Assembly: GCF_009914755.1 (NCBI RefSeq)
Contig: NC_060927.1
Reading direction: 5' to 3' (one strand)
DNA from: the human T2T-CHM13v2.0 reference genome, Homo sapiens
DNA: 64,000 bases
Made by a program: the position numbers and the translations under genes. The notes below the pieces were generated by a model, which saw only the letters and a list, made by a program, of their open reading frames with translations, made no database searches and was not told the DNA's origin. Of the stretch, positions 1-18,165 are shown piece after piece (positions within the stretch are counted from its first letter, which is position 1; every line of letters begins with the position of its first letter).

Positions 1-849
1 AGATAAAATAAAAATCACATTATAATTTATGCTAACATAAAAGTGTATAACTACTTTAAAGGATGTATAAGTAAAAACATTAAGAATATTTCATACCTTC
101 ACACAATTACAGCAAGATTCACATTACAAACTATAGGTCATGGATACAATAAAACAGGCAAATATGTCAATAGTTTAGTTAAAAATGAAGAAAAACTACA
201 AGTTTTTAATCAGCAAAAAGTAACTTTGTTCCAGGTAGTTAGAAAGAATAGATTAAAACTAACCCTGTAACCAAGTTTATAAATAAAAATAATTTCATGA
301 GACAGAAATGTGATATATCTAATTAACAAGGTTGTTCATATTTTAATTTTTATAGTGATAGTGATGAGTGATCATGTAGATGATCCCCATAAATATCTCC
401 TTACAATTGTGAATCTATATGATTGAATCCATATTTATCTTAAATGAATATAGAAAAGTTTGCCTTTAATAAAATATGTTAAAGATACAATATACAGGAA
501 AAACTTCAAAATTAAAAATTAGCCATTTTATGTATGTGTTTCAAAAGAGATGTTGGGCTTGTACCAAAATGTAAACATTTCAGACTTGTTAGGAAATATC
601 CGTCAAATCTATCAGTGGTTTATATATTTTAATTTGTTGGTGACTACAACTTTGGCTTTTTGTCCAATGATTTATTCCTTTTGGCAATGAATCTCAGGTC
701 TATTAGATTTATCATACAAAAATATTGTTCCTTCTCATCAATTTACTATTTAATGATACATGCTCTTTTCCTCAATTGTCCTTTATATATTCACACAGAA
801 GTAGTTTGAAATATGTAGTGTTCTTAAGAAATTAATAACTTCAAATTAG

Positions 850-1170
<321 letters not shown>

Positions 1171-1249
1171 TGTGGTTACTTTATATAAACATATATATAT
1201 ATGAATCATCATCCATGCCTCAAAATTAGAATCCCAGAAAGGAAGTTAC

Positions 1250-2170
1250 CTAACATGACGTGTACTCAAGAAATCTGGCCAGCATGTTGATCAGGAATTA
1301 GAAAGGGACAAGAAAGGTACAAAGAGAAGAACAATTATCACACAACTGGAAGAGTCTGAGTTGAAGGACCTCTGAATCTCTGTAGCAGCAGTAGATATGA
1401 AGGCTAGAGAGATGTAGGAAATAGGATCAATAAGATTTGAAAACTAATTAATTGTATTTCAAGAATGAGAGGAGATAAAGTTGGGAAAAAATGACTCAGA
1501 CGTTTCTAACTTAAAAAACTAGATGAAAAGAAAAACTCTACCTTACCAAACCTTTTGGGAGTTAGAAAAAATTATACATTTGTGTCCAAATATGTTTGAA
1601 GGCAAAATCTCTGTTAAAATCTAGTAGGTTTTGGATATATGGAGCCAAAATGCAGAACAGAAATTGGAGACAGAGATACAAATCTTGGTGAGAGCTGAAG
1701 CCTCAGGGTTGAATGTGTTTGCAAGGAAAAGTAAAGCATAGATGGGACTAATGACAGAGTGTGCCAATAACAGTCATGCAAAATGGTAAAATTTTAGAGG
1801 CAGGCCAGGGAGAGCAATATATAAAAAGATGGAACAACAACAACAAAAAAAACAGTTATGTTGTTAAAACAAAAGAGGCAAATGATGTTAGGTGTGGTAA
1901 GTGGTCCCATTGGAAAAGATAGACCACAAATCTCTCCTGAAATATTAAATAAAGAAAATAAATAAGTCAAAAATTAATCCAAGATATAACCAGTAAGTCA
2001 CTGGGAACTTAACAGAGAGAGGAGATTTGGTAAGAAGCATTAATTTAGGGTAGGAAGTGTATTTTTGCTTTGGTGTCTGTTAAGTTCATTGTGATGAAAT
2101 CCACCCAAGAAGATATGTTCATTTGGAAACTGGTGAAGGAGCTTGAACTTGGGTAAATGGACGTGAATTC
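1250..2170 (-). mobile_element. Degenerate L2 LINE relic(s)
   Basis: Purine-rich decayed sequence resembling antisense L2 (GAGAGGAGATAAAG...AATGACTCAGACGTTTCTAACTT); boundaries approximate. Confidence 0.45.
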
Positions 2171-2279
2171 TATTATTAGATATATAAATATATGACAATT
2201 GATAATTTACTAAAATTTTTCATAGCCATTTGATTATTTTATGTATTTCAAACATTACTAAAATAATCCCAACTATTAA

Positions 2280-2510
2280 TTGAACACTTGAAATATTCTA
2301 GGAATTATGTTTATCTCTTTATGTGTCATTTAATCCTTACAACAAAACTTCAATCTCAGTAGTATTATTAATGATTAGATTTTAAACATGAAAGCACTGG
2401 GAGTCACAGAGCAGTTTACGTACTTGGCCAAGGTCACATAGCTATAGAGAGAGTGGGCTACAACATGGGTACTCTGAATCTAGATTCTGAACTCTTCGCC
2501 ACCATGCAGT
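2280..2510 (-). mobile_element. MIR SINE
   Basis: MIR core in antisense: TCATTTAATCCTTACAAC...ACTTGGCCAAGGTCACATAGCT. Confidence 0.75.
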
Positions 2511-3481
2511 ACTTATTGCAGGTGTTAAGGATAAATGGCTTCTAAACATTCATAGAAGGAAAATTAGTTGATTCTGCTAAAATTGAAGGACTGAATTTCT
2601 CCTTTAAAGATTAATGGAAAACGCCCATGAAACAAAATCTGCAAGAAAATAAGCAAATAATGTAATCATAAAATTAATTTGCTTCTTCAAGAAAGAGGGA
2701 ACACTTCCGTTACTGAAAACTTGTGCTTGTTATAGAAAGCATATTTTAAGCAATAAGCATGTATTATCTATGTTTATGTTGATTTTATAATTTTTATAGT
2801 TTTTTAAGTTCCAAGTCCTTACATGTTTTAAAAGATTAAAACAATGGTTTTAACTTTTATCCTGAAATGTATGCAAATTTTCCAGTTCTGCTTTAGAATT
2901 ACTTTTACAGAACTATAGATCACCTGGAAATTTTGAATACATTAATTTTCTCTTCACAAACAAATGGTTATTATTACAAGACAATGCAATTGAAGATACG
3001 GTTGCATATTAGCAGTGGATATTTGAAACTAGAACAATGAGTTTTCTAAAGATGAACTTTTTAATACACTCCTACACTTCTAAAAGTAACTATGGGACAT
3101 GCACTATAATTATGTGTTATAGAAAATGAATAAAAGATGTTCTTCAGAAACAAATATAAAGTAATATGAGAACTCCTTCTCATCTTTAATTTAAAACAAT
3201 GCTACCGCACATTTGACCCAAAAGAGACTTTATCATAAAACATTCAGAATCACATACAAATTAATATAAAAACACAGGTTACATGCACTCTCAAATCTGC
3301 TATCAATTTTCCACGATTTTTTTTAATTGGTAAAGTTAAGCCATCAATATTTCCCTTACTTTTTCCAGTATGTAAACTCAAAATTATTTTCAAATATTTA
3401 TATTCCATATGCTACATATTACAAATTTTTTTAAAAAGCAAGACAAATTGTACCTAGTCATAAATTTCAACTAGGCTTTCA

Positions 3482-3823
<342 letters not shown>

Positions 3824-5700
3824 CTAATCAACTACAATTAAATATGCACATTATAAATATGTTTTTAAAATAAAGATCTTTATTTCTTAGGTCTTTCTAG
3901 CCATAGAATTCAGCAAAAACTATGGATCAAAGATATTCAGTTCAAAAATTAAAATAAGTTTCTGAGCACTGAAAAACTTAATAGTTGAAGGTACTTGGTG
4001 GAAGAGTAGATGTTGCTTACTGAAATCGCTTTATTACTGCCTAGAATAACTATACCCTGCTTATTCCTGAATATAAAAAAATAAAGTCTCTAAGAGAGTA
4101 AATACATACTTATATCAAATAGGAGGTATCTTATCTTAACTGGATTTAATGTTGACTAAATTGGTCTTATCCCCACGGAGCTTCTAACGCTGCTCCTGGC
4201 ATATAGAGCAGATTAGAAAAAAGAAAAAAGCTCACCCTTAGGTAATCAGAAATCCCTTCTACTCTAGTTTTCTAGTGGAGATTATAGATTAAAATCACAG
4301 TCATCGATATTATTTCCAAATTAATTTAAGCTAATGCCAGTTTCTTTTGTCAAAGTAAAAAAAAAGTGTTAGCTCAATAACAGTGTAGAAATGTTTAGGA
4401 CATGTACTTCTCTTGCATTAAATAAGAGAGTGTTACAGAGTGTTTGATTATTGATTAATATTTATTAATAACAATAGCCTGATTGTTTAGGGTGAAATAT
4501 ATTTTAACCAGGCAAATTAGTCATGCCATGAACTCTAAATCTTCCTTGCCCATCTTGTCTACAGAGGCACCAAATCCTGCCAACTCCACTTCCTATCGGT
4601 ATCAAAAAATGTCTCTTCGTCAACTATCCTTCAATCTGCGTAACATTCTATTCTAATTCAGATCCTTATCATTTCATTCTTATCATAACTTCAATTCAAA
4701 GTTATTTTTACTAATGTTTTTATTGGGGCTTATTATGCTTATTATTAAATATAAAGCTTAACTGATAAAGAAAAAACCTCCTCATCCAATGTTCATAAGA
4801 TGTAACCATGTTCATAACCTTACAGACATTTTCAATATAAGTACAGACATGCATGTGAGTATATGCATGTTTATATTCAAGTATTCAATTTTTACAAAAA
4901 TAAATTCCGACTTATTGTTTCTTGACTTGGTTTAAATTGTGTGTGTGTGTTAACAATGGGTTGTAATTTTATTAAGATCTTTGGATAAATTCTTGTATTC
5001 AGTACCTCCATGTTATATTTATCCAACATTTCAAAATTAATTTAAATATCAGAGACTAAAAAGAAGTAATATCAATAGTAGGCAAAACTTCAAAATTTTT
5101 ATATAGAAATCATCAATAGACAATATCTGAAGGCCTGTTTTTTTTTTTCCACTTTACGGGTTCCATAAGAATAAACTGATAAAAGACACTATCCTATTTG
5201 GTATTAACATACACAGTATTATTCCATTTTCACATTTAGATATTCATCAATAACTTTAGAGGTAATTTCAAAGCAATTTTACCTTATTCCTGAAAGTTAT
5301 TATATCCATATAAAACAGGGAAAATTGCAAATCAGAGATTAGGCAAATTTGAAAGCAAATACCCCAAATTTTGCATTGTTTAAAGCAGGCTACATCAGTA
5401 CCTCAAATTTGCATCCTGTGGTAACTATAATATCATCATAGAAAATATGCATAAAGGTATTTTGGAGTGGGAATAATATTATCCAATCACATTCCCTTGC
5501 ATGGACACACTGTTTTGCTATGCAGACCCAAAAGGGAACCAGAATTGGTCTGTATGGTTGTACCTGGATGCAAATAAGGCCAGTAATTTTCCCTTAAGTG
5601 TCTGTGATGTGCTTCAGGCCACCCTTTCCCAGACAGTTCCCAGAAAGATTAATTATTTTAGGACTAGTAATACTAGAAGTTTTCTATTTCCATCCACCTG

Positions 5701-6741
5701 TTGTATAGGTAGTAAGAGAGTTAGGGAAGCTGGAATGAAGGGAGGAAGTATGATTAAGAGAATGATATTTAAATGTTTATACATAAGCTCTGTTTTGTAG
5801 GGTAGTAAAATAATCAAGTGGAAAATATTCAGCAAGTAATTAGAAATGAGTGGTGGGAATTCTGAAAGAAAGTAAAATGTAGATTCTAATGCTAGGTGAG
5901 AAGTGGAGCTTTCTGATGCCATGGGATTGGGGGCTATACAATAGGTAGTTTTCTATTACCATCCATCCGAGGGTAACAAGTTATGCACAATATCCTGTTT
6001 ATGAAATACTAGAAATAGGTTTATATCTACAAAGCACTTTCAAGTGCTCTGAATATTTTAGCACCAGCCAAAATCATACTGATCTCAGTGGTGCTATCTA
6101 CCTGCCAAACATTGTCTTCACATCCCTGAAAACTTTCTTTAAAAAGTGGTCTATTTCTACTGTTGCAATTTCCTCAGCCTACTCTTTTTTGAAGTGCCTC
6201 TAATCAAAATTATACCATATTCTTACAATGTACACTATTGGGGTGATGGTTACACTGAAATCTCAGTCTGCACACATATCCCCTAAATTTATACAAGAAA
6301 AAAGTTCTAAACTCAAAAAATGCTTTAAAAAATAATCACAGATTCTCCAAATATTTTAGTTTTTTTCATTTGTTTTCTTATTTTATGACACATTATCCTG
6401 GTCCTCATAGTACCTTCATCAGTTTTGCTTACTCGTCTTCCTCCTGTGTTCAGCAGGTTAGCTGCTAGCTTTCTATTTCTCTCTCTTTATACATTTCTCT
6501 ATGCAGCTCCACCAATCCCATGACATCAGAAATCTCCACTCTTCACCTAGTGTTCAAATCTACACTTTACTTTCTTTCAGAGTTACCATCTCTCATTTCT
6601 AATTACTTGCTGAATATTTTCCAGTTGGTTATCTTACTACCCTACAAAACAGAGCCTCTGTGTAAATGTTTAAATATCATTCTCTCAATCACACTTCCTC
6701 CCTCCATTCCAGCTTCCCTAACTCTCTTACTGCCTATACAA
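5701..6741. repeat. Inverted duplication, arms ~5701-5935 and ~6503-6741
   Basis: The arms are reverse complements with scattered mismatches (TTGTATAGGTAGTAAGAGAGT vs ACTCTCTTACTGCCTATACAA). ORFs 5653-5922(-) and 6520-6744(+) give near-identical translations. Confidence 0.95.
6225..6303 (+). mobile_element. Short old L1 (L1PB/L1MA-type) 3' end fragment
   Basis: AATGTACACTATTGGGGTGATGGTTACACTGAAA...CCCCTAAATTTATACAA followed by an A-rich tail. Confidence 0.55.
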
Positions 6742-7070
6742 TAAAATCAAAACATTTTGTTCTGTCGTTTAGAAATATCTCCATCCTTATTGTAACTGCT
6801 CATCATTTCAATGGTTATGCTTCATTTTAACTTGAACACTCACTGTGAGCACCCTTGAAATCTTGTAATTTTCTTTCCATTTTCTGTGTACTATTCCAAT
6901 TACAATTCTCTCCCAATTCATTATTTATCTAAAGCATAACATTCTCAAAGAATCTCTTAAAGCTCCAGAATAATGCTTCTATTATTCTATTACACTCTGT
7001 TTATTTCTTGAGTATCACTTATTACACTCCTTAATTACTGAATTTATATATGTGTTTACTTATGAATGTA
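6380..7070 (+). mobile_element. Degenerate L2 relic (contains the right arm of the inverted duplication)
   Basis: Pyrimidine-rich sequence resembling L2 3' ORF2/UTR (CTCATTTCTAATTACTTGCTGAATATTTTCCAGTTGG). Confidence 0.45.
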
Positions 7071-7185
7071 TATAATCTATGTATAGGAAGACCAGGAAGA
7101 TCTATAAAACATAAGCTTCCCTTTATCAAGGCCTATGTTTTTTGGGAAACAATTTTCCATTCATCTTTCTTTTTTCTGCATGTCT

Positions 7186-7794
7186 TATGATCAGAAGCAT
7201 CATAATGTAACCTCCAACGATTTACACTCCAACATAATCTCCTCCTGCTGAGGGTGAAAAAAAACTTTTGACTTCCCTCTAGCCAACAGAATATGGCAAA
7301 AGGATGGAATACTCAATCCCTTTATTAACTTACGTTATATGGCGGACCTGATGAGCTAGTTACTCCCATGGTTTTGTATAGGACTATTTCAGCAGACTGG
7401 AGTGAGAGACTCTCCTGTTGGCTTTAAAAAGAAAATGAGCTGCCATATTGTGAAAAGGCCTTTGAGAGAGCAATACAGCAAAGAACTATGGGTAACACTT
7501 AGGAGGTGAGCATGGCTCCCAGATGAAAAACAGAAAGAAAAGGGAGTTCTCATTTCTGCAATCACCAGCACCTAAATTCTGCTAACAACCAACTGACGCT
7601 GGAAGAAGATTCTGCACTCTAGAAAAGAATTCATCCTAACTGACACCTTAAATTTGGACTCATAAGATTAAAAACAGAGGACTCTGTTATCATGCCAAGA
7701 CTGCTGACTCAAAGGAACTATGAGATTATAAATACATTGTTTTAATCCACTAAATGCATCATGATTTGTTGCATAGAAACAGAGAATTAATACA
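7186..7794 (+). mobile_element. MaLR LTR, MLT1E/F-like
   Basis: CTAGCCAACAGAATATGGCAAAAGG...ACGTTATATGGC and terminal GATTTGTTGCATAGAAACAGAGAATTAATACA. Confidence 0.8.
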
Positions 7795-7799
7795 GGCTC

Positions 7800-8094
7800 T
7801 GATGGTTTTTGTTTTGGGCTATCTTATCCTGAATGACAATATGGCAAATAGCCTTGGAATATTAGTATTTCTCTGAAAACTTGAGGGCAGTTTTGTTCAT
7901 TGAGCAGTGTAATAAATGTCTTCCTCCAGCACAAAGGGCAAGCAGATTGAAGCTCCTACTTCTTGATGTGCCATAAGTATAAAGACCTTTGTCTTAGACT
8001 CAGGAGTCTAAGATACCACTGTCCACGAAACTGCCAAGCTGACTTGTTAACTTGCAAACAGGGTAAAAATATCAGATTCTTCATTGTTCTTGAC
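7800..8094 (+). mobile_element. ERVL-type LTR 3' part (MER68/MER77-like)
   Basis: End motif CAGGAGTC...GACTTGTTAACTTGCAAACAGGGTAAAA...GTTCTTGACA; related copies at ~26838 (-) and ~39945 (+). Confidence 0.55.
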
Positions 8095-9312
8095 AATGTG
8101 CTTCTTATTCACTTTTGATTTTTTACATAAGGCTAGCAAAATGTCTAACATATAATAGGTGCTCAATTAAAACAATTTAAAGTAATAAATAAACTAATGG
8201 ATTTAGTAGAACAACTATAACCTAAAGGAATTTCTTCTCACAACCTAGTATGGCATTTATAATCTGTATAATTAAATTTAAAACGGAGTGGAGCCAAAAT
8301 GCCAAATAGGAACAGCTCCAGTCTACAGCTCCCAGCGTGAGCGACACAGAAGACAGGTGATTTCTGCATTTCCAACTGAGGTACCGGGTTCATCTCACTG
8401 GGGCATGTCGAAGCAGTGGGTGCAGGACAGTGGGTGCAGCTCACCGAGCGTGAACCAAAGCAGGAAGAGGCATTGCCTCACCCAGGAAGGACAAGGGGTC
8501 AGGAAATTCCCTTTCCTAGCACAGGAAGGGGGTGACACACGGCACCTGGAAAATCAGGTCACTCCCACCCTAATACTGTGCTTTTCCAATGGTCTTAGCA
8601 AATGGCACACCAGGAGATTATATCCCCCGCATGGCTCAAAGGATCCTATGCCCACAGAGCCTCACTCATTGCTAGCACAGCAGTCTGAGATCAAACTGCA
8701 AAGCCTCAGCGAGGGTGGGGGAGGGGCGCCCACCATTGCCAAGGCTTGAGTAGGTAAACAAAGCATCCAGGAAGCGCGAACTGGGTAGAGCCCACTGCAG
8801 CTCAAGGAGGCCTCCCTGCCTCTGTAGGCTCCACCTCTGGGGGCAGGGCATAGCCAAACAAAAGACAGCAGAAACCTCTGCAGACTTAAATGTCCCTGTC
8901 TGACAGCTTTGAAGAGAGTAGTGGTTCTCCCAGCACGCAGCTTGAGATCTGAGAATGGACAGACTGCCTCCTCAAGTGGGTCCCTGACCCCTGAGTAGCC
9001 TAACTGGGAGGAACTCCGCAGTAGGGGCAGACTGACACCTCACATGGCCGGTTACTCCCTCTGAGACAAAACAAATGGAGGAATGATCAGGCAGCAACAT
9101 TTGCTGTTCACCAATATCTGCTGTTCTTCAACCTCTGCTGCTGATACCCAGGAAAATAGGGTCTGGAGTGGACCTCCAGGAAACTCCAACAGACCTGCAG
9201 CTGAGGGCCCTGACTGTTAGAAGGAAAACTAACAAACAGAAAGGACATCCACACCAAAACCCCATCTGTATGTCACCATCATCAAAGACCAAAGGTAGAT
9301 AAAAACACAAAG

Positions 9313-10329
9313 ATGGGGAAAAAACAGAGCAGAAAAACTGAAAATTTTAAAAATCAGAGTGCCTCTCCTCCTCTGAAGGAAGGTAGGTCCCCACCAGCAA
9401 TGGAACAAAGCTGGACGGAGAATGACTTTGACGAGTTGAGAGAAGAAGGCTTCAGATGATCAAACTACTCCGAGCTAAAGTAGGAAGTTCGAACCCATGG
9501 CAAAGAAGTTAAAAACCTTGGAAAAATATTAGATGAATGGCTAACTAGAATAACCAATGAAGAGAAGTCCTTAAAGGACCTGATGTAGCTGAAAACCACG
9601 GCACGAGAACTACGCAATGAATGCACAAGCCTCAGTAGCTGATTCGATCATCTAGAAGAAAGGATATCAGTGATTCAAGATCAAATGAATGAAATGAAGT
9701 GAGAAGAGAAGTTTAGAGATAAAAGAATAAAAATAAATGAACAAATCCTCCAAGAAATATGGGACTATGTGAAAAGACCAAATCTACATCTGACTGGTGT
9801 TCCTGAAAGTGACAGGGAGAATGGAACCGAGTTGGTAAACACTCTGCAGGATATTATCCAGGAGAACTTCCCCAATCTAACAAGGCAGGCCAACATTCAA
9901 ATACAGGAAATACAGAGAACGCCACAAAGATACGCGTCCAGGAGAGCAACTCCAAGACACATAATTGTCAGATTCTCCAAAGTGGAAATGAAGGAAAAAA
10001 TGTTAAGGGAAGCCAGAGAGAAAGGTCAGGTTACCAACAAAGGGAAGCCCATCAGACTAACAACTGATCTCACAGCAGAAACTGTACAAGCCAGAAGAGA
10101 GTGCGGGTCAATATTCAACATTCTTAAAGAGAAGAATTTTCAATCCAGAATTTCATATCCAACCAAACTAAGCTTCAGAAGTGAAGGAGAAATAAAATAC
10201 TTTACAGACAACCCAATGCTGAGAGATTTTGTCACCACCAGGCCTTCCCTACAAGAGCTCCTGAAGGAAGCACTAAACATGGAAAGGAAAAACTGGTACC
10301 AGCCACTGCAAAAACATGCCAAATTGTAA
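9313..10329 (+). pseudogene. L1 ORF1, disrupted by stop codons
   Basis: ATGGGGAAAAAACAG start; C-terminal half open (..KRPNLHLTGVPE..YQPLQKHAKL); in-frame stops near 9457 and 9481. Confidence 0.93.
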
Positions 10330-10389
10330 AGACCATCAAGGCTAGGAAGAAACTGCATCAACTAATGAGCAAAATAACCAGCTAACATC

Positions 10390-14222
<3,833 letters not shown>

Positions 14223-15002
14223 ACAATGAGAACACATGGACACAGGAAGGGGAACATCACACACTGGGGCCTGTTGTGGGGTGGGGGCTGGGGAGAGGGA
14301 TAGCATTAGGAGATACACCTAATGTTAAATGATGAGTTAATGGGTGCAGCACACCAACATGGCACGAACATGTATACATATGTAACAAACCTGCACGTTG
14401 TGCACATGTACCCTAAAACTTAAAGTGTAATAAAAAAAAATAAAGGACTACACACCAAAAAATAAAAATAAATAAATAAATTTAAAACAATTTCCTAAAA
14501 CGTATTTTTTAAAAAATTTTAAAATGTAAATTTTTTATTTAATTTTTTATTTTCAAGTAGACCATATGTTCCTTGAGGACACTGACTTTTTTTCCAGTCT
14601 TTATTACCCTTTGTATCTACAAAGTGTAACATTTAATGCATCATAAGTACCTAATAAATGTATCCATAGATTTATTAAATTTGATTTTTTAATGTAGTCA
14701 CATACAATTGCAGAAGTAGATTGTGCTACATCATTTGCAAATTATCCACTTCTGGTGTTAAATAGATTATTTATTGGAATTGTTTGGATTATCAATATGA
14801 GTGACATTGATAATATTCTCGCATTTTATTTATGACATACAGGCCCTAAATGTTACGTTCTCAAGAAGGCTATTTGACATGTTACTATGTTAGGATAGAT
14901 TATACAACATTATTTTTTCTGCTTATGCATAGCATTTTATATTGTTAATGAATATTCACATTGATTACCGTTCACACTCACTAGGTAAGATAGGTAGTAT
15001 GC

Positions 15003-15416
15003 TATTGTCTGAGTCCATTTTTTGTTGTTATAACTGAATACCTGAGACTGGGTAATTTACAAATAGAAGAAATTTATTTCTTATAGTTCTGGAAGCTGGA
15101 AACTCTAAGGTCAAGAGGCTGCATCTGTTCACTTTCTGGTGAAGGTCTCATGCTGCCTTATAACACAGTGGAAACCATCATAGCACAAGAGAGGCACATG
15201 AAAGACAGCCAAGTTGGCTTTTACAATGGACTCACTCTAATGATAACTAACCCACTCCCATGATAATACATTAATCCATGAATAGATTAATCAGTTCATG
15301 AGGGCAGAGTCCTCGTGACTCATTCGCGTCTTAAAGGCCCCAACTCTTAAGACACTTACATTGGGGATTAAGTTTCAACATGAGTTTCAAAAAGGAAAAA
15401 CATTCGCATGATATCA
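15003..15416 (-). mobile_element. MaLR LTR, MST-type (MSTC/D-like)
   Basis: AATACCTGAGACTGGGTAATTTA...CATGAGGGCAGAG...TTGGGGATTAAGTTTCAACATGAGTTT. Confidence 0.85.
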
Positions 15417-16359
15417 GCTGTAAATAAATCAAAATATTTAAGTTGCCCACATCCCACACATACAGAAACACACCCCAAAATGAAAGACTTAGTGTTAAAA
15501 ATTAGATCTCTTAGGCCATAGCCTAGAGCATTTTTAAGTAAGTGGCCTGCTTTATAAGCCCCCAAGGAAGATAGAGAAGGACCCATGGAAAGCTTAGCCT
15601 AGAAGTAAATAAAATATGTACCTTGGATTTGAAGTATAAAGATTCCAAATATCTTTAGTTAGGCAAAATGAACCCTCTTGGGTATGACAGTGGTATTTTC
15701 TATGTTCAACAGTTCCGTTTAGTTTGGAATTCCATGATGTGGAACAAAGAAGAAAAATCTGTTTTAGTATGCCCCTGTCACTATTTAAGGAGAATTCTCA
15801 TCAGTAAAATATGGCTTAACTATAGCAATTTAGCTACTTTGATGGTTTTCACCACTAGAGTGCCTTTGTCATCTTACATGTGTTGCTTACCATTCAAAAT
15901 GGCAGGTTCATCAGCAGTTACACACACTAAAATTGTGACCCCAAACACTTCTGCAGTTAACACTTATCTTTAAGAGATCTCATGATAAATTTCAGAAGGA
16001 ATATGAAATTTTGTGTATGTCCTTATTTAACACATAAGCATATTTTCTGGGAAAAGTTTATATTGGTTTGATCAGATTCTCATGGCTTAAGGAAACGAGT
16101 TGAGGATATTATAAGTGCAGTTATTCTAGAATGTAGATTAGTAGATGACTAAACCTAAGGGTACCTTTAAATGTTAAGAAATAATTTTTGATCTGATTAT
16201 AAATCAGCATGTAACTTATGACATTATTTCTTATAGAAGAAAACTCTCATAAGGCAAGTTTTTTAATCAACATGAATGTGTTCATTAACAAATTATCTCT
16301 TATAATTGTACCTAGACCTTATTTTTAATAACTGTTCCATCATCAAAATTTTGATTTCA

Positions 16360-17660
16360 TGCATCCAATCCCTTGACATTGTCATCTAATTATTTGACTC
16401 TTATCCTCCTAGCATGACAACTGTAATGCTCTTATACTAAACATTTTTCAACTCACCTGGATCTCCAGCTCACATATCACATACTCACCATATCTCACTT
16501 CACGTTCTTACTTACCTTCTTAATTTAGATTCCATGGCCCGTTGTTATAACCATTCTGTGAATATGCCTACAACACCTTTGCTCATATTTCTCTTAATTT
16601 ATATTCACTAGCTAAAGATGCCTATTTTAATGGATGGAGTGTTTATAACCTATTGGGCCAAATGCTCACCTGTGCACCAGAGTCTGTTTTCTATCACCTC
16701 TGACCTATTCTAAGAATTTGTTCCTGAAATATTCACTTTTTCTCCTGCATCAAGAATTTCCACATTCAGTAGGCACTTTGCATAACTGTAGACACTCTTT
16801 AAAATAGAATCGAGAGTCTTCTGTTACAAAGCATAAGGTGGAAGGAAGGGAAGAGCACAGCAGCAAAAGTTGTTTTCCATCACATTTTGGTAGCATATCA
16901 CAGTATATTAGCTGCATAAGAAAGGAAACAAAATGGAAGTTACACAGTGAAAAGATGATGAAATCAATGAATTCTGCATTTGGAGGCAGAAAAATTGTCG
17001 AGTGCTTTAAAAGTGTAGGTGAGCTGAAAGTAGGTAATTAGAGTAGAATGGCTAAATTTGAGATGCGAGCTGCAATATAGTTATTGTTAATGAAAATATT
17101 TTGAGTTAGTCCTTGCGAGTGGTAAAAAAGTGGAGTGGAAGACAAGTAATAGAGGGGTCAATGTTTTGGTCAAATAATTACATACTTACAGAAGACACCA
17201 AAATCAAGGTAAGAGTAGTGTTGAAAAGGAACACAGTGATCTAGACAGGAAAGCTTTGCATAAATGTGGTGTGAAGGTGGAAACTGACATGGATATAAGT
17301 AGATGACTTCAATAAAAAGGTTTAGTCTGATAGCTTGTACTTTAGAAAAACTGAGTATCTGTAGAAGACAATGTAGAACTTGTCTGAAAAAGAGCAAACG
17401 AAAGCCAGAATCATATCACTCATCCCTAGGACCTGAGGTAACATGTGAAAGGGAGATAGAAAAAAACAAAAACAAAATCAGAAATAAAGCTCCACTTGAG
17501 AAAGCTGCAGAGGAATTGTCCTCAATGAACAGTCAAATTTCCATAAGAACAAGAAATAGAAAAGACATTCAAATCAGGTTGATAACACGAGATTACTGGT
17601 CCTTCACAAATCTCAAAGTGCTGTGAGAGTCAAAAGCACCATGAAATCTTTGGGACATCT
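16360..17660. mobile_element. Degenerate L2 relics, apparently in both orientations
   Basis: L2-like pyrimidine-rich block (TTAGATTCCATGGCCCGTTGTTATAACCA) followed by a purine-rich block; weak. Confidence 0.35.
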
Positions 17661-18165
17661 GTTGAAATTGGCTATTTCTAAGGGGATATTAAAATTATCC
17701 CTGATTTATGTTCACTAGCCTCAGATACAGTCTCTGGTATACTAAGGGCATTCTTAAAGCATTTTATAATTTTACCTGATTAAATATATTTATGTTTGAG
17801 TCTCAGCCAAGAGAGTGAGTCAGAGCTTATTCACTGGAGTGATAACACACTACAGGGAAAATAGAGGTGGACCTCATATTCAATTGAATTGATCATTTGT
17901 AAGGTCAACATGTGGCAATCAATTTTGTACCCAGATCTTAATAGCACATCCAAAATATAGTAAAGGTTTTGAAGGGTTGATCTTGTCTTTAATTATTTCT
18001 TTCTAATCACTAATGATAAAATTGAATCAAACTATTTTTTCATTATTGTATTAAAAAAATCCACTTCTCAGTATTTCATTTACTATCAACATTATAGATT
18101 ATAAAAATCTATTTTGTAACTGGTACTGAACAAGGGGAATCAAGAGTATATAATGAAATATATAC

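Noticed and set aside
5653-6744. Two similar small hydrophobic ORFs suggesting a paralogous peptide pair or toxin-like system
   Set aside because: The similarity is fully explained by the DNA-level inverted duplication of an L2-like relic; nothing suggests coding constraint.
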